DNA from: an uncultured virus (IMG/VR IMGVR_UViG_2061766007_001450)
Lineage: Duplodnaviria > Heunggongvirae > Uroviricota > Caudoviricetes
Reading direction: 5' to 3' (one strand)
Length of the DNA: 32,283 nt
Virus record (IMG/VR): IMGVR_UViG_2061766007_001450
The notes under the pieces are model-generated. The model saw only the letters and a list, made by a program, of their open reading frames with translations. It searched no databases and was not told the DNA's origin. Positions 1-10,854 of the stretch are shown piece by piece (position 1 is the stretch's first letter; every line of letters begins with the position of its first letter). The position numbers and the translations under genes were made by a program.

Positions 1-1
1 T

Positions 2-1025
2 ATGGGAAACACCGTACAAGTACCCGTAATTGACTACGACGGCACAATCAGTGTTGCCAATTCGCGTTCCTGCGTTATTTCGGACGCAGAGAACACCTCC
101 GCACTTTACACCGTTGTTTGGAAAACATACGCCTGCGGTTTCACGATGGTTCCCGCGATGTACTCCAACAACGAAATTTCCTACGAGCGCGACTTCAACC
201 GCAAGATNNNNNNNNNNGACATACGCCTGCGGTTTCACGATGGTGCCGGCGATGTACTCAAACAACGAAATCACCTACGAGCGCGACTTCAACCGCAAGA
301 TGGCGAAACTCGTCCGCGTTTTCGCAGACGCTTTGGACGTTGACGCGGTGGCGGCACTCGAAGCCAACAAGACGCAAGTTTACACCGACCCCTTGCAGTA
401 CACCATCACCGGCAACGAGATTGTAATCCCGGTTCAGATGGCAACGGAAGTTTTGGGCGACATCAACCCGATGATGCGCGCAAACGGTTTCCGCCGTCAA
501 ATTCACATTGTCGGCAACGCGGGTATTGACAGCCTTACAAGGAAACTTGCACAGCACGGTCTTTACAACGACGTCAACAAGCAGTTGGAGTATCAGGGTA
601 AGGTGTTCCACTTCACAACCAACGTTGTAAACGACAACAGCGTCATTGGCACATTCTACGCAGTAGAGGACGGCAACGTCGGCATCTTGACGAGGGTTGA
701 CCGCGAGGCGTATCGCAGGGGACGCGCCAACGGTCACGAATTTGACGTTGCATTTATCCCCGAGTTGGGTATCAGCGTCGGCACTCACTACTACACCGCC
801 GTTGGCGACCAGTCCGCAATCGCGGGCACGGCAACTGACGATTTGACTTGTGCCATCAAGGAGTATTTCGGATTTTCCGTGGATGTGGCTTTTGTCCTTG
901 CTTACAACACCGACAACACCACAATCCCCGAGCCGATTATGAAGGGAGAAATCGCAGCACCCGCAACCGACACACCGTTCGCAACGCCTGTTTACGTCAC
1001 CAACGCGGCAGACTTCCCCGCGTAG
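2..1025 (+). CDS. Major capsid protein (5' truncated at window edge; overlap duplication across N-gap 208-217)
   Basis: ORFs 2..343 and 30..1025 are two frames of one gene joined at a gap. Motifs PVIDYD, YACGFTMVPAMYSNNEI, LAQHGLYNDVNKQ and SVDVAFVLAYN match my recollection of the B40-8/B124-14-type major head protein; followed by a terminator hairpin. Confidence 0.85.
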
Positions 1026-1056
1026 TCGCTTAACTTGTTGTTATTCTAATTTGTTG

Positions 1057-1093
1057 AGGGGCGTAGGCAATTTCAAATGCCCGCGTCCCTTTT
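1057..1093 (+). terminator. Probable intrinsic terminator after capsid gene
   Basis: AGGGGCGTAGGCA-loop-TGCCCGCGTCCCT imperfect stem followed by T run; partly present again in reverse at the right window end. Confidence 0.55.
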
Positions 1094-1095
1094 CA

Positions 1096-1111
1096 ATTTT
1101 CACGTGAAACA
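1096..1111. promoter_or_regulatory. parS: parS-like palindrome ATTTTCACGTGAAACA (14/16)
   Basis: Match to TGTTTCACGTGAAACA between capsid terminator and next start; allelic to 32239-32254. Confidence 0.7.
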
Positions 1112-1127
1112 AAAGANNNNNNNNNNG

Positions 1128-2437
1128 ATGATACGATTAACAGACATACAAGATGCGCTATTGCATTTGGTTGGTTGGGAGCAGTCATACGTGCCGAGTG
1201 ATTATTTGTCTGATTTGACCGAGAGCGAGAGCGGATTGAAATTTCAGGACGCGCACCCGCTTTGCACACTTGACAACATCAAGGCGATTATCCCCGATAA
1301 TTTCAAATTGCAATATCCCGAATGGAATATTAGTTCGATGTACGCAATAGGCGCAAAGGTTCAATATGGCGGCGTTGTTTGGTATGCAACCGCAGCGAAC
1401 ACGGGCGAGAAACCACCCATCGACGATTGGCACGGCGATTATTCCGAGCAATATTCGGGCAGTTGGCAGCCTTACAACTTCCTCACTGACTACCTTACAA
1501 AACTTACGAAAAACGGCATCGCTCAAATGGTTCAAAATTGGTTGACAATGAAAAAAACATCAGCCGAAACAAAGAGCCTTTTGGAGCGGCGCACGTTCTT
1601 TGACGGCGCGGGACGTATCGCAGCAGCGCAAAACAACAGCGGCAAAATTGTTGGCTTTGAGATTGTGCCGGTGCGGTCTATGGGCGTGACAATGAAGATT
1701 GAAAAAATAGGTCTGCAAATGACCGGCGGCACGGGCATTGTAAAGATGTATTTATTTCACTCCTCGCAGCCTGACCCGATTAAAACATTTGATTTGGACT
1801 TTACAAAGACAAATGGCGGGTTTCAATGGTTTACGCTTACCGATTGTTATCTTCCTTACATTGCAGACAGCAACAACGCGGGCGGAGCGTGGTATCTTTG
1901 TTACAATCAAAACGACTTGCCCGATGGTATGAAAGGCATCAATGTTTCAAAGGATTGGAGCAGAGAGCCGTGCGGCACTTGTAACATCGGCAACCTTGAA
2001 ACATGGCGGCAACTGACAAAATATATGCAAATATCGCCCTTTGCCGTTCCCGCCTTGCAGACGTTTGCGGAATATCCCGAATTGTGGGACATCGAAAGAA
2101 ACATTTACACCAACACCTGCAACTATGGCATTAATTGTGAGGTGTCGGTAGGTTGCGACTTGACCGATTTTATTATCAGTCAAAGGAATTTGTTTGCAGA
2201 CGCTTTGCANNNNNNNNNNNNNNNNNNNNNNNNNNNNNNNNNNNNNNNNNNNNNNNNNNNNNNNNNNNNNNNNNNNNNNNNNNNNNNNNNNNNNNNNNNN
2301 NNNNAGATGCAAAGCACCCTGACGGCTTGGGTCAGAAACTCAAAAAGATTTACAACGCTCTCGAAGTTGACACAAACGGTCTCGACCGTATTTGTCTGAC
2401 TTGCAACAATGGCGGCGTTAAATATAGGACTGTGTAG
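1128..2437 (+). CDS. Virion structural/head-associated protein, variant copy of 30909..32225 (frame broken by N-gap)
   Basis: MIRLTDIQDALLHLVGWEQSY...NNGGVKYRTV nearly identical to the right-end gene; directly follows the capsid gene. Confidence 0.75.
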
Positions 2438-2472
2438 TAATAGAAGTTTTTGTTTTTTTTGTTTTGTCTAAC

Positions 2473-2498
2473 GCACTCGGTTTGTGCCGAGTGCTTTT
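2473..2498 (+). terminator. Intrinsic terminator GCACTCGG/CCGAGTGC + TTTT
   Basis: Perfect 8-bp stem followed by T run after stop at 2437. Confidence 0.7.
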
Positions 2499-3736
2499 AA
2501 ATGTTGATTATGACGATAGCGGGATTGATAGACGGCGCAAAGAAATTCTTACAAGACGTTGAGAGCGGGCGGTTAATTCAGAATTGCNNNNNNNNNNGCC
2601 GACGTTTAACTGATGCTGTCCGGTCTCGGCTTGCATCCTTTTCATTGCGTCCATCAATGCGTTTGTCTTGCTGATTAACTGCTCCGATTTCTCGGCTGCA
2701 TCTCTTTCGGCTTGTGACATTGCATTAATGCGGATTTTGTTTAATGCGTATTGCGCCGANNNNNNNNNNCCTCTCTGCTTGGCTCATTGCATTGATACGG
2801 ATTTTGTTTAATGCGTATTGTGCCGATAAAGCGTTATAACTTCCCGCCGTGGCGTTTGCCAATTTCGCCTGNNNNNNNNNNAGAAATAAGTTGCTCGGAT
2901 TTTTCCGCTGCGTCCCTCTCTGCTTGTGACATTGCATTAATGCGGATTTTGTTTAATGCGTATTGCGCCGATAAAGCGTCGTAACTGCCCGCCGTGGCAC
3001 GTGCGAGTTTTGCCTGCAATTTCTCAATCTTGTTTTGCTCTTGCTGTGCCAATTTGAGTTCTTGCAATGCCTTTTTGTTTTGCGTTTCCGCTGNNNNNNN
3101 NNNNNNNNNNNNNNNNNNNNNNNNNNNNNNNNNNNNNNNNNNNNNNNNNNNNNNNNNNNNNNNNNNNNNNNNNNNNNNNNNNNNNNNNNNNNNNNNNNNN
3201 NNNNNNNNNNNNNNNNNNNNNNNNNNNNNNNNNNNNNNNNNNNNNNNNNNNNNNNNNNNNNNNNNNNNNNNNNNNNNNNNNNNNNNNNNNNNNNNNNNNN
3301 NNNNNNNNNNNNNNNNNNNNNNNNNNNNNNNNNNNNNNNNNNNNNNNNNNNNNNNNNNNNNNNNNNNNNNNNNNNNNNNNNNNNNNNNNNNNNNNNNNNN
3401 NNNNNNNNNNNNNNNNNNNNNNNNNNNNNNNNNNNNNNNNNNNNNNNNNNNNNNNNNNNNNNNNNNNNNNNNNNNNNNNNNNNNNNNNNNNNNNNNNNNN
3501 NNNNNNNNNNNNNNNNNNNNNNNNNNNNNNNNNNNNNNNNNNNNNNNNNNNNNNNNNNNNNNNNNNNNNNNNNNNNNNNNNNNNNNNNNNNNNNNNNNNN
3601 NNNNNNNNNNNNNNNNNNNNNNNNNNNNNNNNNNNNNNNNNNNNNNNNNNNNNNNNNNNNNNNNNNNNNNNNNNNNNNNNGGCAAGGTTCTGAAATATTG
3701 ATATTGTTGTTTCTTCCATAACGGCGCAAATATAAT

Positions 3737-3752
3737 TGTTTCACGTGAAAAA
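3737..3752. promoter_or_regulatory. parS: parS-like palindrome TGTTTCACGTGAAAAA (15/16)
   Basis: Intergenic, 2 nt from a minus-strand TATATTTG element (3727-3734); allelic to 28742. Confidence 0.75.
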
Positions 3753-3754
3753 TC

Positions 3755-4628
3755 CTAATTTTTTTTCAGTTGTTTTTTCTTAATTTTTATTTGCTCTCTG
3801 CCGTATTCGTAGAGGTTGTAAAACTCCATAGTCGTAAGGCTTTTAACGTCCTTATTGGTGTACTCCGATAAATACAGACAAAGCCTCTCGAAATTCTTTT
3901 CATATCGGATTTCTGCATTGTCCTTGCCGACAAATGATTTTGGTTTCACGTGCAACAATAACGCCTGCGTNNNNNNNNNNGGATAAATACAGACAAAGCC
4001 GCTCAAAATTCTTTTCGTATCGGATTTCTGCATTATCCTTGCCGACAAATGATTTTGGTTTCACGTGCAACAATAACGCCTGCGTCAATCGTTCAATCTT
4101 CGCCGCATCGCCCTCGCCGCTAATGCTCTGCAACATTGCAAGTGTGCGCGATTTCAATAGGTCATAATATTCTTTGTCGCTCTCGTCGTCGAATAAGTCT
4201 GCAAAATAGGTTTTCAACTCGTCATCAAGTCTTTTTTTTTTCGCATCTACATTTGCATCAACCTCGCCGACGGTTGCATCTTTCAGAATGTCCGCAACCT
4301 TTTGTAATTCACTGTCAGTCGTGCCGGTCGGCTTGCCATCCAATTCCGCCACCAATGCCGCAAATGCCAACAATCGCGGAGAAACGCCATTGAGGATAAA
4401 GTTAAAATTTTGGCGTAGATTGTCAAGTTCAATTTGGGCAAGGTCGATTTTTTTACCGCCAACATACGCCCTCGCCTTATACAAATGACGGTCAACCGCC
4501 GCCATATCTCCGCCGATACCTGCATCAATCAAAAGGCACTTCATAAACTTATGATAGCGTACAATCGGCATATCCTCAATGCCATCAAAGATTGATGCGG
4601 TGTGTTTTCCAATTTTTATTGTCTGCAT
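3755..4628 (-). CDS. Probable tail assembly chaperone, divergent variant of 28760..29524 (duplicated segment around gap 3971-3980)
   Basis: Clear homology to the 254-aa ORF at 28760-29524 and same gene neighbourhood; contains parS-like GGTTTCACGTGCAACA at 3942 and 4057. Confidence 0.55.
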
Positions 4629-4643
4629 TGTTGTTATTCTATT

Positions 4644-4659
4644 TGTTACACGTGAAACA
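4644..4659. promoter_or_regulatory. parS: parS site TGTTACACGTGAAACA (perfect match to TGTTNCACGTGAAACA)
   Basis: Abuts the stop codon at 4660; allelic to 29537. Confidence 0.8.
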
Positions 4660-4929
4660 TTATTGCAATTTTCTGCAAATAGGCGTTGCCAATACCGCCG
4701 TGGCGATTGCCCACCAATCGCCGATTATCGCCGCCGCAATGATGGCGATAATCAAAGACAGCCACCACGACAAACAAAAATCGCAATGCGCCAACTCCGA
4801 AATTAAATCGCTGCCGTGAACCTGCAACCATTCAACGATGCCAATCTTTTTGAATAGCAACAAAAAGAATGATGCAACCAAAGCCACGGCAACCGCTATT
4901 ATCAAGTAAGCCATAGTCATTCCTCGCAA
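4660..4929 (-). CDS. Small membrane protein with CxxC (DUF1360-like), variant copy
   Basis: Hydrophobic helices plus CDFCLSWW; near-identical to 29553..29822. Confidence 0.65.
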   Translation of the reverse strand: MRGMTMAYLIIAVAVALVASFFLLLFKKIGIVEWLQVHGSDLISELAHCDFCLSWWLSLIIAIIAAAIIGDWWAIATAVLATPICRKLQ

Positions 4930-5776
4930 ATATCCTCAACTTTGATTTCACCCACAAAACGCCATCCGCAATATGGGTGCATTAAATATTGATTGTCAAC
5001 TTCGGCAAGTGTAAAGCCTTGAAAAATATTCTCCGCCTTTTCGTACACTCTGCTAACCGTGAATGTGCCGGATTTCAAAAGCATTGAGTTGAGGACGCGC
5101 AAAATGTCCCTCTTCACCAATTCTTTGTTTCGCTCGTCCGTCGGCTCAATGCTGCGCATATCCACCCACACAATAAGGCTGCAATTTGCACGTACTTCGA
5201 TTTTCTGACCGCGCACACAATCAAGGTATTGCGGCTCGTCCACGGTAAAAAACGAATGATTGTGCAAATCCTTGTCGTCGGGGCTGATTTCGATATAGTC
5301 ATTCTCGGCTCGATACACATTCGGCAAATAGTATTCCTTGCCGTTGATTTCGTGTACAAGTCGCTCCGCAATGCCAAACGCGAAATTNNNNNNNNNNCAA
5401 GCCAAATATCTCTCCGTATTTGTCATATAGTTTTTGCGCCTTTTTGTCGGTGGCCTTGAACCATACCGCCTTATTGTCTGCATAGACAAAAAAAGACTTA
5501 TGAAAAGCCTCTGTATCTCGCAACGTCACGCGGTTGGTCGGCTGTCCTTTTTTCTGCTTGATGCTGATTGTGACGGGGCTGTAAGGCTGATATGACCGAA
5601 TGGTAACGCCAAGCGCATTTTCGCCCTCTTTGAATAGTTGCTCCTCGGTATTCATAGACACGATTTCCTTTTCGTTGAGGGTGATGCAATTCTGAATTAA
5701 CCGCCCGCTCTCNNNNNNNNNNGCCGACTACGCGGTCAAGTAATTGCGGATTGCTTTTTTTGGGTGCTTCGCTCAT
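4917..5776 (-). CDS. Tail terminator-like protein, variant copy interrupted by gaps and a misplaced neck-gene fragment
   Basis: 5723-5776 encodes MSEAPKKSNPQLLDRVVG and 4917-5387 the remainder, matching 29810..30373. Confidence 0.5.
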
Positions 5777-7018
5777 TTGAATAATGCAAATTTTAATTCA
5801 ACCATTAGCAAGGGGTAAAGCATATCCCACGCCACTTTATTACGATTTTCGACTGTTAAGCCAAATATCTCTCCGTATTTGTCATAAAGTTTTTGCGCCT
5901 TTTTGTCGGTAGCCTTGAACCATACCGCCTTATTGTCTGCATAGACAAAAAAAGACTTATGNNNNNNNNNNNNNNNNNNNNNNNNNNNNNNNNNNNNNNN
6001 NNNNNNNNNNNNNNNNNNNNNNNNNNNNNNNNNNNNNNNNNNNNNNNNNNNNNNNNNNNNNNNNNNNNNNNNNNNNNNNNNNNNNNNNNNNNNNNNNNNN
6101 NNNNNNNNNNNNNNNNNNNNNNNNNNNNNNNNNNNNNNNNNNNNNNNNNNNNNNNNNNNNNNNNNNNNNNNNNNNNNNNNNNNNNNNNNNNNNNNNNNNN
6201 NNNNNNNNNNNNNNNNNNNNNNNNNNNNNNNNNNNNNNNNNNNNNNNNNNNNNNNNNNNNNNNNNNNNNNNNNNNNNNNNNNNNNNNNNNNNNNNNNNNN
6301 NNNNNNNNNNNNNNNNNNNNNNNNNNNNNNNNNNNNNNNNNNNNNNNNNNNNNNNNNNNNNNNNNNNNNNNNNNNNNNNNNNNNNNNNNNNNNNNNGCGG
6401 AAATTGCTTGACGAGATGAAGATAAGGGAGAAAAACAACGCCGTACTAACTACGCAATATATTGAACATTTGCAAAATGCCAACAGCGCATTAGTCAAGG
6501 CATTGAGCGATAACACGGACGCATTGGCGAGGTTTTCACGAATATTGGAAGTGATAGAACACAAACTAATCGAGGTAGAGAAATGAACGAGCAGCCGAAC
6601 CCTATAAAATACTCGGACCTAATCAAGCCCGACAATTCAATTTCGGACTTGATAAAACAATTAGAGGATTTGCAAAAGGTGTATTCAGACACCGCCGCAA
6701 AACTCAAAGAGCAAGCGTTGCAAGTGACGGCATCGCTTAAAGGTGTTTCGGGCGCAACCGAAGAGGGTAGAAAAGCAATCAACGATGCAACCGCAGCAAC
6801 TGAAAAACTCACCGCAGAAGAAAAAAAGGTAACACAAGCAGAGCAGAAAAATACAAAGGCTTTAACTGAACTCAAATTAGCGCAGCAAGAGCAAAACAAG
6901 ATTGAGAAATTGCAGGCGAAATTGGCAAANNNNNNNNNNATTGCAAGAACTCAAATTGGCGCAGCAAGAGCAAAACAAGATTGAGAAATTGCAGGCGAAA
7001 TTGGCAAANNNNNNNNNN

Positions 7019-7693
7019 TGAATACCCGAAAATGTAGGCGGGTGTAAACCACGCGGCGCGATATTCCAATTTTAAAGCGTCGCCCAAACGTACCACGGCG
7101 GGGACTCCCAACAACGACAATGTTAAGTATGTCATAAAAAAACATCTTGCATCAATATCGCCACAATCCACAAAACAGTTCCACGAATAGTTGATGCCGT
7201 TGCTCCGTAGAAATTCCATCGCCGCCACAATCAGACCGCCTGCGCCAACTGTCGGCTCTTGGATAGTCATTATATAATTGCTGTCCTCTGCTATCTTGGC
7301 TTTTATTGTGTCAATGCCCGTTCCTACCATCGCCGTCATTTTTGACAAGGCGTAAGGCGTAAAGAATTGACCGAAATTAGCATTGTACGTGCCACTTTCC
7401 ATATACAACTCGCCCGCCCAATCTCTGAACGGTGCGCCGCCATTGACAGCAAGCGTTATTTCGTCTTGAAACCTCGCCAATGCCATTGAAAACGCTTTTA
7501 TCTGATTTCCGTTGTATTTCTTTGCAACATCTGCATACCGTTTTTCATACTCGGCGCGCTGACTGTCGTATGATACGGCGTTACGAATAGCGATTGCAGA
7601 CATTTCAAAAAAATCCGAAATTACTTCATACCGTGGGTGCTCGTATGCCATATCATTGAGCAAAGCGTTAATATCTCTCTGCAATGTGTTCAT
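7019..7693 (-). CDS. HsdM/N6-adenine methyltransferase-like protein (3' end lost in gap)
   Basis: GQFFTPY, EPTVGAGG (SAM-binding motif I), GDID and GDAL motifs; no NPPY/F seen before the gap. Confidence 0.75.
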
Positions 7694-7986
7694 TTTGATA
7701 TATTTGTAGGATTAACAAATTCTACACCGCTATCCTCGCACAATTCATTGAACTTGTCGCCCCACTCCTCATATATGGACAAGTAGCCAATGCCACGGGC
7801 GCAAAATTCATAGCCATCTTTTCTTTTATTTGCAATGCAAATATCTTGAAATTCGTATTGAGTGCCTTGTGGGGCGTAATGTATAAAACACACTACATAA
7901 TACCCCGCATCAAGTAACTCTTTTAAATGCGTATAATCTTTTGATGTCTTATACGCTCCGCTTTTTATACTGTATAATTCCTTCAT
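7690..7986 (-). CDS. Hypothetical protein (98 aa)
   Basis: Clean ORF with ATGA overlap to the next gene. Confidence 0.7.
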   Translation of the reverse strand: MKELYSIKSGAYKTSKDYTHLKELLDAGYYVVCFIHYAPQGTQYEFQDICIANKRKDGYEFCARGIGYLSIYEEWGDKFNELCEDSGVEFVNPTNISK

Positions 7987-7994
7987 AATGTTGA

Positions 7995-8010
7995 TGTTTT
8001 ACATGAAACA
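7995..8010. promoter_or_regulatory. parS: parS-like palindrome TGTTTTACATGAAACA (14/16)
   Basis: Occupies 16 of the 24 intergenic bp between the GT32 stop and the next ATG. Confidence 0.65.
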
Positions 8011-8715
8011 TTATTTGACTCTTTTGTAATGCTCCGCCAATCTCGGATTGTTTTTCGCTTGTGCCGCTTTCCTTTCCTCGGGTATCCACGTACCCGTGAA
8101 CTGATGCACGGCATAAGTATTAGCCGTTATTTCCATTTTATCCTCGCTCGGGTTGTAAGGACAAAAATAATCGGTCGGGTAGATTGTGATGTCTGCAACT
8201 GTCTGCACAATATCCAAATCAGGCTTTAAATTGTGCTTCACCAGCAAATCATTTTCCACCATTATATTGGTTACAAATGTAGGCTTCCCGTCTTTCGTTA
8301 GGAAGTTTCGCCGATTGTATTCCGCTTTCATTTCTGCGAATATCGGCAAATTTGGCTCTGCTCCCAAAATTAATCCCGATGCAAAAACGCCGCTGCAATT
8401 CTGACCGCCAAACGCCTTGTTACTCAAAAGGGGTGTGATGTCTTTTAGTAGAAAAACATCCGTATCTACATACACGCCGCCTTGATGGTGCAAAATGTCC
8501 CAACGTGCATAGTCTGACACGAAGGCATAATTGCCGCTATTGTACGCCTGACGGGCAAAGTCGTTGGTGGTGTTGACGTTATAATTATCCTCATTCCAAA
8601 ATTGGAATGACCAATCGGACGGCAAAACTTTGTGCCAACTTTCGATGCACTCGCCGCAAATGCGCGGCATCGGGTTCGTGCCAAACCACATATAATGAAG
8701 TGTTTTTGGTATCAT
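8011..8715 (-). CDS. Glycosyltransferase family 32 (OCH1-like, DxD sugar-binding region)
   Basis: MIPKTLHYMWFG, FWNE, AFVSDYARWDIL, GGVYVDTDV, YAVHQFTGTW hallmarks. Confidence 0.9.
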   Translation of the reverse strand: MIPKTLHYMWFGTNPMPRICGECIESWHKVLPSDWSFQFWNEDNYNVNTTNDFARQAYNSGNYAFVSDYARWDILHHQGGVYVDTDVFLLKDITPLLSNKAFGGQNCSGVFASGLILGAEPNLPIFAEMKAEYNRRNFLTKDGKPTFVTNIMVENDLLVKHNLKPDLDIVQTVADITIYPTDYFCPYNPSEDKMEITANTYAVHQFTGTWIPEERKAAQAKNNPRLAEHYKRVK

Positions 8716-9614
8716 TGATTTTTCGTTTTTTCACGTGAAACAAATCCGTCAAACGCTGTTTTTATACAACGATTTAACGCTAACTTATATGCCTTTGGTT
8801 GCAGTTCCCTTGCATCCTTGCCCGCTCTGATTATCCACTTGGCGGCATAATCATTGTGCCACCCTAACTCATTTTCCGCCTTATAGAGCGAAAAGGCTTT
8901 TTCTTTGTCTGCATCTGTTACAATGACTGCCGCCATCAATCCTTTTTCTGTCAGAAAATTGGCGATTGTTACATCGTCAGGCGGAATTTTGAAAATAAGT
9001 TTGCCGGTTGTCTTATAAGTGTCATAACATTCCCGCGTTTTTTCTGCGGGCGTTTTTGTCGGTGTCGGTGGCAATGTCTTTTGCATTTTAGGCTGCGTCG
9101 CCTTGATGTTGGTATATGCAACATCGCGGCGTTTTTTATACGCCCTCAACACCTTGCAAAGATACTCGGCATTGAGATTTTGGTAATGGCTGCGGTCAGG
9201 CTCTCCGTTGCCGTTAATCGGCAAATAATTGTCGAGGTCGCCAACGGTTAACAGTTCAAACGCTGTTTTCACGTCCTCAATGGTGAGGTCGTAAAAGTGG
9301 CGTTTAAGAACGTCCGCCAAGCGCACTACAATATATTGCCATTCTGCATCGTCCGCCGGTCGCTTGTACCCAACATCAATGCTTATAAATCGGAAACATT
9401 GATTAACGGCTGCGGCGATTTCCGTTGGCTGCATTTTGCCGATGGTGGTATTTTTTGCAGCCGACAAAATCAAAGTATCAACATTGCTTAATTGCGTGGT
9501 GTTGGTGTCCGCCAATCGTTGCAGCGCGGTTGTTACCGCCGATTGTCGGGGCGGTTGCTCGGGCTGCACCGTTGCCAATGCCTTGATGTTTATGTTTGCA
9601 AATGCCGTTTCCAT
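8712..9614 (-). CDS. Hypothetical protein, possibly replication accessory (helicase-loader-like)
   Basis: 300-aa ORF downstream of the initiator gene; function inferred from position only. parS-like TTTTTCACGTGAAACA at 8727-8742 lies in its 3' end. Confidence 0.45.
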   Translation of the reverse strand: METAFANINIKALATVQPEQPPRQSAVTTALQRLADTNTTQLSNVDTLILSAAKNTTIGKMQPTEIAAAVNQCFRFISIDVGYKRPADDAEWQYIVVRLADVLKRHFYDLTIEDVKTAFELLTVGDLDNYLPINGNGEPDRSHYQNLNAEYLCKVLRAYKKRRDVAYTNIKATQPKMQKTLPPTPTKTPAEKTRECYDTYKTTGKLIFKIPPDDVTIANFLTEKGLMAAVIVTDADKEKAFSLYKAENELGWHNDYAAKWIIRAGKDARELQPKAYKLALNRCIKTAFDGFVSREKTKNQ

Positions 9615-9615
9615 T

Positions 9616-9930
9616 TTAAACTAACTTTATAATCGTTGTGTCTTTATAGCGATAAATGTAGGACTCCGCCTTGCTCGGCTTGCCGTCCTTGTTGAATTTG
9701 TGCACCTTAAAAGGGCGGCTGTATTGATTATGGGCAAAGCCACAAAACAAATACCTTATGCCGTTAATTGCTACGGTATCGCCTTTGTGTATTCCCGTTT
9801 GCTCCTCAAATACACGCTCATACTCGGCGTTGTATTCGTTTTCAAGTTCAAAGCGATTGTTTTTCAACTCCTGCATTAAACTGTCATTTACTTTTATTTT
9901 AGCCTCTATTTCTGCAAGTCTGTTTTCCAT
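9616..9930 (-). CDS. Hypothetical protein (N-terminal coiled coil)
   Basis: 104-aa ORF in operon. Confidence 0.65.
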   Translation of the reverse strand: MENRLAEIEAKIKVNDSLMQELKNNRFELENEYNAEYERVFEEQTGIHKGDTVAINGIRYLFCGFAHNQYSRPFKVHKFNKDGKPSKAESYIYRYKDTTIIKLV

Positions 9931-9938
9931 TTCGTTGA

Positions 9939-9954
9939 TGTTTTACGTGAAACA
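9939..9954. promoter_or_regulatory. parS: parS-like palindrome TGTTTTACGTGAAACA (15/16)
   Basis: Intergenic, 8 nt upstream of ATG at 9930, next to a GC hairpin. Confidence 0.75.
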
Positions 9955-9983
9955 ATCGGGCGGCGGTCGTGCCGCCCTTGTTG

Positions 9984-10247
9984 TTAGTTGATTAAATAAT
10001 CATACTCTTTGCACCATTTTGCGATTGCAGCATGGAGTTTATTTTTGTACTCCTCGAATGTAAACTCAACGTCATATTCAGGATTAATATCTTTATAATC
10101 TGCCCAAAAATGGATTTCCTCAAATCCCGTCTTGGTGATTTCGTTAACAAATTCCACGCGCTTTTTGAGAGACAAGTGCGCAAACTCTTTTACTGCCTCC
10201 TCGGCTGCGTGGTCTATCTTGTTGTCGAAAAATTTAGTCGTTTTCAT
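9984..10247 (-). CDS. Hypothetical protein (87 aa)
   Basis: Preceded by ACACAAAGAAA leader and a promoter. Confidence 0.7.
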   Translation of the reverse strand: MKTTKFFDNKIDHAAEEAVKEFAHLSLKKRVEFVNEITKTGFEEIHFWADYKDINPEYDVEFTFEEYKNKLHAAIAKWCKEYDYLIN

Positions 10248-10295
10248 TTTCTTTGTGTTTTAATCGTTCAACATTTTTGTTTTTTGATTACGATA

Positions 10296-10350
10296 CAAAA
10301 TTACATATAATTTTTGTATGATGCAAATTTTTTATGTTAATAAACGTTAA
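10296..10350 (-). promoter_or_regulatory. Bacteroidota sigma-A promoter with upstream TTAAC-N5-TTAAC
   Basis: TTTG (10324-27) -N20- TAATTTTG (10296-303) on minus strand; GTTAA-N5-GTTAA at 10336-10350. Confidence 0.8.
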
Positions 10351-10366
10351 AACAACAAAGATTTTT

Positions 10367-10810
10367 TTACATTCGCAAATATGCCTTTGCAGCGTCCCAA
10401 TCAAAGCCGCTGTTAGTCTGTTTCTTATGAAGTTTGTTTTTTTCTTTGTCGCCCCTTATGAATGTTCGCACCGTTGCTAACCACCCTCGCGCCGTGCGCA
10501 TCGTGTTTGAACTGTCGGACCAATCCGCAACCGCGTTGTAATAATGCTCCATATCAAGGGTGGCGTATTCCTCGCCGCCAAATGTTTTAAAGAACGTTTC
10601 GCGGTCTGCGGCGGTGCTGTTTCGGAACAATGTTTTTTTGTTTGGGTTTGCCTCATCGTGGGGGGGCGCGGCGGAACTCGGGGGGGTGATTGTTTCGGTG
10701 TTTACGGTGATGGTGTCGCCGGTGATTTCCTCAACATCAACGTTGATAATGTTGTCGGGTGTGGGTGTAGGCGGATTTTCAAAGCCGACTACATTATTAT
10801 TATCTTTATT
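10367..10810 (-). repeat. Variant duplicate of the initiator 3' half
   Basis: Closely similar to 10855-11300 and bounded by N-gap 10811-10820; probably a second strain allele. Confidence 0.75.
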
Positions 10811-10854
10811 NNNNNNNNNNAACGTTAATAAACGTTAAAACAGCAAATATTTTT

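Larger units (their letters stand above)
2501..7007. repeat. Patchwork of variant fragments of the 27.9-30.8 kb structural genes (neck, terminator, membrane protein, chaperone, holin-like, tape-measure N-terminus)
   Basis: Fragments are bounded by N-gaps and switch orientation; the tape-measure stretch AQYALNKIRINAMSQAER occurs as three slightly different alleles at 2690-2990. Confidence 0.85.

Noticed and set aside
2598..3093. Repeat array or CRISPR-like repeats
   Set aside because: They are overlapping tape-measure gene fragments separated by 10-N gaps, with no spacers.
1..7007. Long inverted terminal repeat or true duplication of the structural module
   Set aside because: Pieces are bounded by N-gaps, change orientation and include several alleles of one segment; best explained by co-assembled strains.
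10367..10810. Tandem duplicate of the initiator 3' end as a DGR template/variable repeat pair
   Set aside because: Differences are not adenine-specific, no reverse transcriptase is present, and the copy abuts an N-gap.
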